64,000 bases of DNA from Lama guanicoe (Eukaryota), in NCBI GenBank assembly GCA_013239625.1, contig MU054220.1:7909367-7973366 (forward strand), written 5' to 3'. Every line of letters begins with the position of its first letter. Position 1 is the stretch's first letter. A program made the translations under genes and the position numbers. Below are positions 25,521 to 37,959 of the stretch, piece by piece. The notes under the pieces were generated by a model, which saw only the letters and a program-made list of their open reading frames with translations, had not been told where the DNA came from and made no database searches.

Positions 25521-25989
25521 GAAAACAAAATGAGAAAAATAATTAATTTTTATTGGCAAATGTGGACGTCAGAACACAGAGTTTTGCTCCAGGTCTAGAT
25601 ACACCTTCTACTCTGTCATAATATTTAGAAATTTGGAAATCACATTGAATAATTAAATCCATGTCACAGGATGACTGGGTAGGATGAGCAAAAACTGGCT
25701 AGTATTTGGGAGCCATTGGTAAGACAAATGGACCCCTGTGGGTGGTATGTAAACTCTGATTATTTAGGAGCCTGCAACATAAGTAAAGTTTTTCAGAGTT
25801 CGATTGTAGAGCATCCACTATAAATTGGAAAAGAATCCTGAATTGTGTATCTTCTGCCACAGTGAGGGAAACAAAATGCCTGGTATGCACACATAAATTC
25901 CAGAGGCATACATATGCCACATCTGGGAATTACGTTCCCACCCATAGATTAGTCAACAGGGAAATAATTTTGCGTCAGATCTAGGCAGA

Positions 25990-26315
25990 CGTGAAAAGAG
26001 TCTTGCCACCCAATCCAGGAGGTCCAATGCAATTCTTGTATGTCTAATCTTGTCTTGGCACCTGCTTCTCAGAATATCCAACCTGATACAGCATGGCTCT
26101 TTTAACAGGACATCACTGTGCCAGTACCTCCCTTGGGTTGGCTGAAACATTCAGATCTATATTTTAGTCTGAGGCTCTCCTCTCCCTTTATTTCCTCTTT
26201 CCAGGTCTGCACTGCAGTCTGAAGGTCTTCCCTCTGCAATACCCCCATCCACACCACAAGTGGTGTTTCCCAGTAAAGTTTCTGCACCTCGAACTTTGTC
26301 TCAGCATCGACTTAA
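25990..26315 (+). mobile_element. ERVL LTR fragments (LTR16-like)
   Basis: cttgtatgtctaatcttgtcttggcacctgcttctcagaatatccaacctgataca and ccagtaaagtttctgcacctc...tgtctcagcatc resemble LTR16-family 3' ends. Confidence 0.5.
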
Positions 26316-26830
26316 CTGGAAATATGCAAACTGCAAAAGCATGTCTGCACAAGATTTACATGATTGTTCATAGCAGTTTTCTTCATAATAACTGGAAACT
26401 GGAAACAACCTTCATCTCCTTTATTGTTGAAAGGATGAACAAGAGTAGAATATTGGTGCTCTGGAAGACTACTGAGCAACACAAAGTAATGAGTTAAATA
26501 TACACAAAAATGTAGATACAGTTCAAAAATCATTACACTTGGTTGCAAGAAATTGGATCTAGAAGAATGCGTACTGTATTGTTCCATTTATATGGCTTTC
26601 TGTAAAAGAAAATATCCATGGAGGCAAGAGATCAATGGTTGCATAAAACCAGGCATAGAGTGAGGATCAACTGGGAAGAGCCACAAGGGAGCTTTATGAG
26701 GTAATGGAGATATTCAATTCCTTAAGTGTGGTGATGGATGTATGAGTGTATGTATTTTTTGAACTCATTAAAAGGTTCACTTAGAGAGTTTTATGTTCTG
26801 TAAGTTATACCTAAGTAAATAAAATTATAT
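26316..26830 (+). mobile_element. L1ME-like 3' UTR
   Basis: ttgttcatagcagttttcttcataataactggaaactggaaacaacc...gtactgtattgttccatttatat. Confidence 0.7.
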
Positions 26831-26994
26831 CTAAATAAATTTTTTTGATAAAGAGTGTATATCAAGATGGATTGTAGTTCACTGTGGCAAATAAATACAT
26901 GCAAGTATGCATACATACATATGCAATACATACATAATGACTTGTCTGCCTCAAACTCCTCCAATATTATGTAATTATTTATGCAAATATGATT

Positions 26995-27400
26995 ATTTGA
27001 TATAGATTTTTGGACACCTACTTTGTTTCAGGCAATTGCCTCGGTAAAGAACTGTACGGACATGCAAAAGAGAAAAAATCTTTTCTCTTAAACCGTGTAA
27101 TCTGATGATAAGAGTTTAGCATTGGGATAGAGAATAGTGAGGTGTCATTCAAAATGGACTATACAAGGCCACTATGGGAAGGAAATATTGGAGAAAACAC
27201 ATGAAGTAAGTCAAGAAATTAGCCATGAAAATATCTAGGGAAAAATGTCTGCAGCAGGGGAGACAAGTGTAAAAGCTGTGAGATTGTAATGTGATTGTGG
27301 AGGGTTTCAGGAATAGCAGAGGCAGGTGAGTAAGAAGGAAGTGGTAAAAATTGTCAAGAAGGAGATTATGTCAGCCACTGCCGGCTGCAGAAAGTGCTTT
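26995..27400 (-). mobile_element. L2 LINE 3' fragment
   Basis: tttttggacacctactttgtttcaggc...attagccatgaaaatatctaggg. Confidence 0.6.
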
Positions 27401-27639
27401 AGATCATGCATGTAATAACTGTAGCTCCCTGAGCCCAAGATTTCCACTGACTTTCTTCAGGAACCATCTTAAGAACGAAAGCAAAGCCAACAATTGGGAA
27501 TCCTTATCATTTACCTTTTCCTAGCTTCCTTAACTGACTGCCCAAGATCTCTGCTCTTATTTTTCATTCAGAGATGTGAGACAACATTTCATCAAATTAA
27601 AAAATTACAAACAAAACATGAAAGAGAGAAATTAACAGT

Positions 27640-27850
27640 TCATGTTTGTTAAATATCAGGGCCAAGCCAGTATCCTGTAACTTTGCTTATCATTTTAACA
27701 AGTGTATGGGTAAATGGTATTATTCATGTTTTTTCAAATGAAGAAGCTTAAAATCAGAAAATTTAACCAAGATCACACAACTAGTAAGAACGAAGGAAGG
27801 ATTCAAATCCAGGCAAACCCAATTTTAAGACTACATTCACTCCATTATAA
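27640..27850 (-). mobile_element. MIR SINE
   Basis: ttttttcaaatgaagaagcttaaaatcaga...caagatcacacaactagtaag...ggattcaaatccaggc. Confidence 0.75.
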
Positions 27851-28699
27851 ACACACTAAATCTCTGTCACTCTCTAGTTATGAATTAGACACTCTCAAGC
27901 CTGGTCAATTCAGTAAAAGTGAAAATGATCTACCTAGTGGTAACCAGTACTAAAATCCTTTGAAATTATTCTTAACAGATGTCTTAAATCAGGTTACTTT
28001 CCTGTATCACACATACAATTAGCACAGGAGTTGAAAATGCAAGTGTCCTGATGACTAGTGAAAGATGTTTTTTAAAAGAGGGCAGTTCTTTGTTATAACA
28101 AAATACACAAAAATAAAATAATTTCACATTCTTGTTGAAAAGATTTAGGATTCAGGACACCTTTGTTATATGACACCACCATGATTTTTTTTTTTTGTAA
28201 TCTAGAACTTAGGTATCAACAAATACTTCTAATTACTTTTCCATATAAAATAAAATGCATACAAATTTCATTACAAGGCTCGGCTAATTACTCCATAAGC
28301 TTCATGGTTGTACTTGCCTCTCTGTTTCCTGAGAATCATTAGCCATCAACTCCAGTGATCAACCAAGAAACATCCAAATAGCCATATCTCTGACAGGTAT
28401 TACAGCAGCCTTAAAAACCTGAGTTATATTGATTTTGCTCCAATATGATGGATACTGGAAGCTTCATTAATTCTTGAGAAGCAAGGAAAATATATATTAT
28501 TGCTTTTAGGTACACAGGAGCTGAAAGTGTTCAAACACCAGTGAGCTTCAGAATATGTATCAAGATAAAAATCAATGTCTTTCAAGTTAATCTCCATTAT
28601 ACACTTACAGTAGTGAGTGGTTTTCTAAGTGTGTCCCCAAACTTTCCAATTCAGACTAAAAAGCATTACATTCAGTCTAGGCAACTCTCTCACAAGAGT

Positions 28700-29000
28700 T
28701 AAATTATAGAATGTATTGAATTTAGCTCTGAAATGAGAGCGACAAAACTGATTAAAGGGCTGTCTTATCAGGAAAGATTAAAGGGAATATATATTTACAG
28801 CTAAGCTGAAGGGGGGATAGGTTAATTTGTACATATATCTGAATAGGGCAAATGTCAGAGCAAAAGAAGAATCATTTATTTTGACACAAGGTATTATACA
28901 AGTGGGAATATGGGTATGAAATATAGGGGGAAAAAGGCTATTTTGCTGAAATCTGAACTGTAAGATATATGTAGCCTTTGTAGGAAAGTGGTAACACTAA
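28700..29000 (+). mobile_element. CR1/L3 LINE 3' fragment
   Basis: agagcgacaaaactgattaaagggctgtcttatcaggaaagattaaaggg...gctgaagggggga...atatctgaa resembles the CR1 ORF2 C-terminal motif RATKMIKGL...SYEERLKEL...RLRGD. Confidence 0.65.
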
Positions 29001-29695
29001 AATGACTGACACAGTTCTAAGAAATGTGTTAAACTTTACTCAAGGAGTGGCATAAACTAGATGCTTTACACTTCCGTTATCACTGTTTTTACAACAGTTC
29101 TTTAGAGGGAGAAGCAAAGGTCTTTGAAGAATTGCTGAGAACATGTTCATTCTAGAGTTCATGTAAGATGCACCCATCAACAAAAACAATTCTAACATTA
29201 TGTAAGAGACGGGGGGCTACTTTGTTTTATTCATATTGCAGTGAAACTGCATCAATTAAGCTGTATTAAATACTTCAGTGTAAAGAATCCCAATATCTGG
29301 ATTTAAATAAGTGAATTTCAAAATTTATACTCTGCACACCCTGAAAAAAAAAAGAAACAAAGAAAAAATAGTAACAACAAAACAGTTAACAATTAAAATA
29401 ATAGCAAAAGTGATTTGAATTCCAGTATGTCCAGGAGTGGGTGGAAGAGTGTAAGCTGTGACTCATTGCAACCTCACTGGGCTCCGTTTATGGGCTTCCC
29501 ACACAATGAGCATCAACCTGTACTTTATGCTGTTCTGGTATTAAAAATAAGGAACTGTTATATAATACAGTCATTAAATACAAGCTAAGGGTCATATCTG
29601 GTGCTTGACTGTGGAAACAGATTTCTTCTTGCAGTGGAGGAAAACGGGGCTGTCTTGGTCATTTAGACATGATTAACTAATTACTATGGTGATTT

Positions 29696-30209
29696 TGCAA
29701 TAGGGAAGAATAAATCTGACTCCATATTAGATCCGTTCCTTTAGCTCTAACCCTGTGCTCTGTTGCCTTTGCTTAGTCATGCTGGTTTTGCATCTTTTGT
29801 AAAAGATGTTGCCTATAGCTTGAAATATACAGGATAGCCCATTCTCAAGGCTCTGACCTTTAAGAGTATAACATTTTCTATTCATATAGAGATAAAAAGT
29901 TACATAATAGAGAATAACATATCTTTTTGGTTTACAGGGACTTCATGACCTGATCTCCATGAACAGCTATAAGAACAAAGGATTCTGACACCAAGAAGTT
30001 TGCAACAACCAACCATACTCCCTCCCCTTTTTAGTATAAAAGGAGCCTGAATTCTGACTTGTCAAAGATGGATTCTCTAGGACATTAGTCTCCCATCTTC
30101 TCAGTCGGCTGGCTTTCTAAGTAAAGTCGTTATTCCTTGCCCCGACACCTCGTCTCCTGATTCATTGACCTGTTGTGTGGCAAGCAGAACGAGACTGGAC
30201 TTGGTAACA
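29696..30209 (+). mobile_element. ERV1-type solo LTR (514 bp, possibly MER41-related)
   Basis: TG...CA termini, perfect 4-bp TSD ATTT (29692-95 / 30210-13), TATAAAA at 30035 and AGTAAA at 30120. Confidence 0.85.
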
Positions 30210-30299
30210 ATTTTGGTCTTTAGACAATTATGCCCTAAACGCTGACTTTAGAACTTAATATTAGTTCTAAACATAATTGCGCTTTAATCAAATTAAGCC

Positions 30300-30480
30300 C
30301 TTCCATTGTCACATCATTAGGCAGACACCGTCACTGACCCAGTTTATGAAAAGGAAATTAATGTTTTATAGAAGTAATATAGCTTGCCCAAGACTGAATT
30401 AGCAATCCGGTAAGTAGCAGACACCTATTCAAACCCAAATATGTGACGTCCCAGCCTGTGCTCTTATCCAATTCCCTGTT
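30300..30480 (-). mobile_element. MIR SINE
   Basis: gcttgcccaagac...gtaagtagcaga...attcaaacccaaat. Confidence 0.6.
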
Positions 30481-30489
30481 GTTCAACTT

Positions 30490-30790
30490 AGTGATTTCTG
30501 AACTGCTGTATGCTTCAGAATCATCTGTAAGCAGTGGTATAAATCACTTTCCAACTCGACGTAATGTAGTGTTACATTTGCATCTTAAAATTGACCATGG
30601 TGGGAGTACTTAAGGCACAGAAATAGGTAAACACTACACATAGGGGTCTTCTTTTTATAAAGACAGACCTCTGGAACCCAGACTTTCTGACTCAATGGAT
30701 TTTCAGTGAGTCCAGCTAATTTGCATTTTTCACAGTATCCCAGGTGATACCGCTGCTGGTAGTCTGAAACCAAATTTGAGAATCAGTAAT
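30490..30790. mobile_element. MER5-type hAT-Charlie MITE, interrupted
   Basis: gtgatttctgaact...tcagaatcatctg and tttgcatttttcacagtatcccaggtgat...tttgagaatcagt. Confidence 0.65.
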
Positions 30791-31809
30791 CCAACTCATT
30801 TTCCCTCCATTTATATGTAGGTTCATTACAAACACTGAACAATATATTAAAGTCTGTCTTCTGTCAATTAAGGCTATCATGCCACCAAACTTCAGGAGGT
30901 GATGTTGTACGCATGAGCAGTACACAGTGTACTGGCAAACATGGTGGCTTTACTGGATATTTTTGAGTTAGATGCAATTATTGGAACTGGTCCTTGAAGA
31001 TGGCTTATAATTGTTAAAATCATATATGCATCAAATACATTTTTAATGTTAAACAGCTCTCTTACTCTCAGAGGCACTGCATGGTACTTACGATACACTT
31101 ACCAGCGATCCATGCATTGTTGCATAATAGGTATCATCATAGGGATTTGATCATTGGAACATTGGAACTACGGTCTGGTTTGGGATTTACTCTACTGCCT
31201 GTTTTCTTCCTGATTAGTAGGTTTTACAGAATCTGTCTTTTAAAGGGTTGCTAAGTGAATCATTCTTTTCAAAAACAGTGCATTTTCAGAAAACTTGATG
31301 AAACTTTTCAAGACTTAATGGTCAATTCACGTTTAACCGTTCTTTGAGCTTCACCAACTGCTTGCATTGAAAGGCATCACAAAACAGTTAAGCTTCTTTT
31401 GGTGACAAGAGATGAATAAAATATCTTAGCTTTTGGTTCCAAATGCACACAACATGATACAATTTGGAAAGGAAAGCAGATTCATTGCTTTTTGGCTCCA
31501 AATCTCTTGGTTGCTGGCTGCTGTGAAAGAAGTATGTTTTCAACAAGCAGAAATTGACAGGAATACATAAGCTGTTTTGGCAAGCATTTTTGCATTTGGC
31601 CTTTTCCAGTTGATGCACCAAGATGATGAAAGGCCCCAAATAAATTAACAATCTTCTTTTTTGTTTCCTTGCCACATTAAAGTCAATGGAAATACATTAC
31701 AAATTGAAAAAAAAATTTAATGGAAGCAAACAATAACTGAAAGGGGTAACTGAGAAAATGAGGGGAACACTGAGGCAAATTAACTTCCACCTGGTATAGT
31801 GAAAAAAAT

Positions 31810-32070
31810 AATTCAACACTTGTTTATTAAATGCTTACTATATGCTGAGCATTGAGCTGATAAAAAAGCTGACTAGATAGCTTCTGTTCTAACAGAAAGA
31901 CATGGCATATTAACAAGTACTTATAGTGTGACAAATGGTGCGTTAATACTATGAGCAAAAAGCAAGGAGCTCATAGGACCTGGTTAGTTCTGACTCTTAG
32001 CCTACTCTACTGTATATCTTCGGGCAAAACACTTAATTTCTTTGAAACTCATTTTTCTTATCTCTCTCAC
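31810..32070. mobile_element. L2 3' end (minus strand) followed by a MIR fragment
   Basis: attcaacacttgtttattaaatgcttactatatgctgagc; tcgggcaaaacacttaatttctttgaaactcattt. Confidence 0.6.
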
Positions 32071-32795
32071 ACCAGATGATGACAAGTAGAAATGCAAAAC
32101 TCTCTCCACATCTAAGTTTAGTTGAGTGAGAAACATCTCCATTCTGTACTCTAAGGAATGCGTACAGAATGGAGTCTTCAAATCAAGTACCTGCAGTGGT
32201 TAGAAAGAAAATTAATAAAATGAAACGAGTATAAATCAATGGAAGATGTTCGGGATTCTGCTCAAATGGAAAGTGTATGTCCGTTCTGAATTCATTCAAA
32301 TTAAAATAAATGCACTCCCATAATACAGATGTGAGAGATCAAGGTGTACTAAAAAATAAAACAAGTAAAAAAGGACAGTTATCAAAAAAGCCTCACGTCA
32401 ATTTTATAAAATAAATAATGTAAGGACGAAGAAGAAATACAACTGACTGAATAATCAAGAAAAGAATCATAGGGGATGTAGAATGTAGTCTGACTTTTAC
32501 AGATTAGTGTTTAGAAGATGACAGAGAAACAGGATGTTCTGAGATGAAAGCCATGACTGATGTGTGCACTAATTCAGAGATTGGAATAGTCATTCCTTTT
32601 CCAGAAGAGTTTGAGTAGACTGGACAAAAAAGTCCAGATAAAGCAGCTTGAAATGCATTAAAAATAGAGATCAGGTTGAAATTTCATTGAAACTATCAAT
32701 GTGAACCTTAAATGATTAGGAACTACTGGGGATGTAGGAAATGTCAGTAATGTAGTTTTAGGAAAGTGACAGCTTGTATGTAAAAATGTATTGTT

Positions 32796-32846
32796 TGGAC
32801 ACAACATGACAAACTGACTATACTTCAATAAAAAAATACATATACA
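32796..32846 (+). mobile_element. Extremely 5'-truncated (~51 bp) young L1 tail
   Basis: gacacaacatgacaaactgactatacttcaataaaaaaa flanked by a perfect 14-bp TSD aaaaatgtattgtt (32782-95 / 32847-60). Confidence 0.85.
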
Positions 32847-33779
32847 AAAAATGTATTGTTGGTCCAGATATTCTCCTTACATTAAATTTAATATTTCATT
32901 AAGTATTGTTTTAAAAAATCACAGCCAGCTAAGGACATTTAGTATTCAATTATTCTCCACACAGCTGCTGTTACAGGCATTGCAGAACTTGAGCTAATGT
33001 AGAACACTATTTAGGATGGCTTGAAGGAAGTTCTGCCTCACAGAAGGGACTGAGAGCAGAGAAAGCCTTGAAACTGATTTTAGATCTCTGAATACATTAT
33101 TTTTGCTCCTTTGCACCAAAATAGATACTGTATCTGCACAGACCATTTTTCTTTCACATATAATGTGGATTTTTATCTTCTAATACTAAAAAGTTAGAAA
33201 AGGACCATTGATGTATATTACAGAAAAGTGGAATTATGCAGGATAATACAGACATATAAAATTTGTTCCACTTAAATTATCTCCTATTGGATAGAGTTTT
33301 TAAAGATGCATTTGGAAACCTTTGTTCAAAGAAAAAATTAAAACTTCACAAATAACTTTCTTGGTCAAATTTCAGTCAGTCTGTCCAAAGAACTTATTCA
33401 GCATATCAGCCTCCACCATTTGAAGAGCTGCCCAAATCACCATATTTAACTTCTATGAAAGAAAACTGTGTTTTTAAAAAATTGCATTCCTCCTCCTCTA
33501 TTGGCAATGCTCAGAAGTTAAAGTATCAGTAGTCTCAGGTTTACTGTTTTAGTAAAGGATCCAGATGTGTTTTTTCCCAACCTGCAAATGCTGCCAGTGA
33601 TTAAATGAAAAACAAATAAATTATATTAATTAGAAATCAAAACTAATTGAAGGGATACACTAGAATCTAAAAATGTAATATCAACAGCAAATACTTGCAG
33701 AGGTTCAATTTAATTAAAGGCTTAAATGTCAACAAATGGATCTGCTTTGCATATCAACGACTCTGCTATGTCTCTATTA

Positions 33780-34830
33780 CCACCTGGCCCTTATGTCACC
33801 ATTGCTCACCCAGACTATGCCAGGAGCTCCCTAAATCGCTGACTGCTGCCTTTCTTGTCCTTCTGTAATCCATTTTCTATACAGTTGTTTCTTTGTGGTC
33901 CAGCCACAGGGGCTTTCTTTCTGTTACTTAAACATGCAGATCTCCTTTGGGTATTCCTCTGTTGGGGTGCTCTGCTACCACACACTCACACGCTTGGCTT
34001 CTTCTTGCAAGTCTGCTCTGCTCAAAGCTCACTGTTTCTGAAAGGCTTACCTGACCCTTCTGTTAGGTAGTCAGATAAGTGTGGGCACCAGGCATATAAG
34101 GTGTAGAAGAGGGAGGATGGTCCAGAAGATGGTGGTATGCCCACCTTCAGCACGAAGGAGCTTCATTTCCTCTAAACGAGTGCCAGCAAGAAAACAGTTA
34201 GAACCTGGTGGCTGCAACTGCATTGTAGTGAGAATGACCTAACTGGACATGACCCAATGCTCATTGTAATACAACCAGCATTGCGGTTTAAGGACCACTT
34301 CCTCCTTCATATGGGCTTTTCATGGGTAAGGACATGCACAAAAGGGGACAAGCATGACTAAGCACTCTAGGGGCAAGAGCCATCAATCAATCAGGAGACC
34401 ACCTATAAGCGAGGCTAGGAGAGAAGGGGGCAAGCAAAGATCATTGTTATCCACCCTTGGATCAGCCCACCTCCCGTTCTTGGAGGTGTACCTTCCCTTT
34501 GCTAAATAAAGCCTTTAAAATCTTTCACTTCACAATGCTTCCATCTCCCATCTGACTTCTTATCTTTTGGGTAAGATAAGAACTGGGGTCTTTTCCCTTC
34601 CCCTTTTGTGGTAACAATTCTATTTAAATTAGCCCCTGACCCAACTCACATTCTTTCACACTATCCTGGCTATAATATTTGTAACACTTCATTCTTTATG
34701 TCTATTTTTCCTTTTAGTGACTATAAGCCCCACGAGAGTAGGGTTTTCCCTATATTATTTACTGTGAGAGTTCCCGAGTCTAAAAAGTTATTGGCATATA
34801 GCAGACTCTCAAAAATATGTTCTAAATTGA
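33780..34830 (+). mobile_element. L2 LINE, split by an LTR insertion
   Basis: ctcacccagactatgccaggagctccctaa...ggcttacctgacccttc | tatttaaatt...gactataagccccacgagagtaggg...ggcatatagcagactctcaaaaatat. Confidence 0.75.
34061..34616 (+). mobile_element. ERV1-type solo LTR (556 bp)
   Basis: TGTTA...TAACA termini, near-TSD cttc/attc, AATAAA at 34505-34510; interrupts the L2. Confidence 0.8.
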
Positions 34831-36269
34831 GTAACAAGGTTTTGAGGAAAATCTTAGAGATGTGGAAATTGTTGTGAGATTCAGTTTACCAATTCCGAGT
34901 ATTAATCAAAATTTAAATTTAGAAGAAACCAAGCACAACAGGAACTGTGTTTAATCCCTTAATTTGGTTTTAGGATGGGCAAACGCATAGAAAATATTAA
35001 TAACTGATTATGATTAACTAACACATGAAGTGAGGTAGAAGCGTAATTGGAGCATTAGGGATAGTTTTAAATAAGAACTTAATCATTTTTATGTTTTTAA
35101 TATCTGTGCATATTTAAAATCCTGATAACTATAAAAAGAGTAAAATGAGCTCACTCTTTTATTTTTTTCCTTAATTTGTTGGCATAATTAAATGGTCCTT
35201 GGCCTATTTACATGTTGAGTTTTACTTAGGTGTCTAATGTAGTGATTCATTCATCTGATTATATATTTCCTATTTTAGCTGTTTTAGAAATTTTATTTTA
35301 AATGACTTAAGAATAATAAGCTAAAGATATTTTACAAGCATTTTCCTGAGAGCATCATTACTCTTTATTTTATTAATGAGCCAGATTGGACAATTTGTTA
35401 AAAAATTGAAAGTGAGCAGATCCTTTTAGGAAGAGCAACAAAAATTGAAGAAGGCATACATTAAGGCTTCATGGGATATAAAACATAATTCCCTGAGTGA
35501 GTCCTGGAAGTAAAAGCCTCTGTATTCCCACGAGCCCCATCTTTAGTCAAACAGATTATCTAAGTGATGCCTGCAACTGTCTCCATTCTCCTATTAAGTC
35601 ATAATTTTAAACACTATGAAAAATTATTCCAAACACTAATATTTTCAGAACATAAAATGTATAAATGCAAATTATTTGTTTTGTCATGACTTTTTAATTT
35701 TCAGAAATGTAACTTCAAATTTGGGGATCCTAGGAACCTAGAAGATACTGTCACTACTCAATCTCGGCATATATTCCACACGTTTTCAATAGAACTCCAC
35801 TTATTTTTAATGAAATCCATGGTGTTTCTCAAATATCTACTTTGCATTTTACATGCTCTCTCAACATTAGCTTATTGATATTCATTTTAACAAGTCATAG
35901 AAAAGTTAGTCTATTCCTAGTACAAAAATCCACAGAAAAAATTAACATTAAGTTTCTTTATTATTGAAAGTCATAGAAATTATGATAAAAGTTAAATAAT
36001 ATTATGAGTGGCAAAGTTAGGAATATAGATCAGTGTCTTTTTCCCTTTCCCCATCCGAAACTACTACAGAGTCAATATGATCAAGATTGTACTTTAATGG
36101 GAACACTTCCTTCTAGACAGAGACAGAAAAACAAAAACTTTGAAAAAATAAGTCAGAAAGTAATTAGGCTGCAAGGAATGGTATGCATCCTCCCCCTCAC
36201 TTCCCTACTTTCTCTGCTGCCAATTATTTTTGCCAATTATTCTTCTTTCATTATGTTATCAAACTTATC

Positions 36270-36500
36270 TTTTTGAGAATCAGTATAGTAAAGAGAGAGT
36301 AAGAAGATTAAAAGTTGATACTGACTATTCACTAAATATATAACCTGAAGCAACTTAATCTTTTGTGCTCAAGGTTCTCCTCTACAAAGTGGAGACAATA
36401 TTAGTTTTCTCTTAATAAGAGTATAGTATAAATCAAATAGATCAATACATTGAAGGTTTTATAATCATGCTGAACTCATTGTGAGTGTTCAGTAACTGTT
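36270..36500 (+). mobile_element. MIR SINE
   Basis: caacttaatcttttgtgctcaaggttctcctctacaaagtggagacaata. Confidence 0.6.
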
Positions 36501-36654
36501 TACTTTTTGATGGTAGAAATAACAGTAGTAGCAGTGGTACTCGTAGCAATACTAAGCACTAGTAACAAGTACTAGTAGTAGAAGTAGTAGTGTGCCTCCT
36601 ACGTTCAAAAATTACACAGACTGCTGTATGTACAGTGGTGGATCACGGAAGACA

Positions 36655-36735
36655 ATCTTTGTTTCAGTCTGGGTACTTTCTTGTAAACTGTCTTCCATGT
36701 CACTAATTCTCTCTTCAGCTGTGCCCACTGTAGTC
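36655..36735 (-). mobile_element. L1 ORF1 fragment
   Basis: Translation TAEERISDMEDSLQESTQTE matches the L1 ORF1p motif AEERISELED. Confidence 0.75.
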
Positions 36736-36839
36736 TTGTGAATTATGGCATGATTAGTTTTCAAAAACAAACAAACAAAAAAACACAAGGAAAGGTGGTA
36801 AAAAAAATAGGACTTATTAATAAATACCATAGAACAAGA

Positions 36840-37950
36840 AGGTGGCTAAAGGTAGATGATGCAAAGGTCGGTTAAAGTACTCAGCAACTTCAAGGACCTA
36901 GGCTTTTCCTAATGTACCACTCTGCCTGCCATTCGTAAAGTATCAGTTATATCTCTCCACATAGCAGAGATATCTGTGACAGCTCCAAGCATCTCATCCT
37001 CACATAACGGCATCCAAAATCAAAACACGATGAGATTTTCTTTGATTCCCCAAAATCACTGGTCAGGCACTACTGTAGATACTAAGACTATCTCAGTGAA
37101 CAAAATAGACAAAAAATCCCTTGCTTAGGGAGTATATATTTGAGGTAGGGAGAAATAGAAAAACAACAACAAGAAAACTAACCGGAATATAGGGTCTGTG
37201 AGTGAAAATGCCAACAAGAAAACATAAAGAAGGAGAAATGGAAGTGTATATGTATGTCTCACTTTTGTGGAGGGGGGTGAACTGTAATTGTAGATTACAA
37301 GACTAGGGTCGGTTTTAATGATTGGTGACATGGTAGTTAAGATTTAAAGGAAGTTAGAGAAGCTACCATGTAGTTACTAAGAGGTCAGATCTGTCTAACA
37401 GGTAGAAGAGCATTCCTGCCAAGTTGGAGGAAAAGTAAAGAGAATGATGTTAATGGAAGCAGAGCTACCAAGGAGAAGGAAAGTAGTGGGTGAGGTCACA
37501 GAATTTAAACAGGGCAAGGACAAGGGGATGTGGACTATGTAGAATTTTACAGGTTACTCCGAGGCTGCTGACTGCTATTTAGGAGATAAGAAGCCAGACG
37601 AAGGTTGTGGGTAGATGAGTGTCATGATTTGACTTCTTTTTCGAGGACTTACTTTTCAAAATGACTGCCGTATTCTGAAAAGAATGAGGAGAAGCAAGGA
37701 CAGAGCCAACAAGGCCAGTAGGAGTTAATAAAATAATGTTTGCTCATCTCTCTCATTTTGTCAAGGAGGAAAATGTTTGTGAGAAGTCCTCTAACAGGTC
37801 ATATCTCAGGTTCAGTTGGCCAAAATTGACCTGCAAGCATATCTGGGAAAGGAGCTATCTGGCATTTTGAGTGAGCACAGTGGAAGATAGTCTCCGTTGG
37901 CAAGAAAATTAGAGAAATGACTATTGGTTATGTAATCAATACTGCTTTTC
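36840..37950 (-). mobile_element. Old MaLR LTR (MLT1J/K-like) apparently split by an L2
   Basis: tcaaggacctaggcttttcc...gacagctccaagcatctcatcctcac (36840-37040) resumes as ttggccaaaattg...ctattggttatgtaatcaat (37745-37950). Confidence 0.5.
37055..37735 (-). mobile_element. L2 LINE (L2a-like)
   Basis: caggcactactgtagatactaagactatctcagtgaacaaaatagacaaaaaatcccttgc...gagtgtcatgatttgactt. Confidence 0.75.
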
Positions 37951-37959
37951 ATGGTGGAC

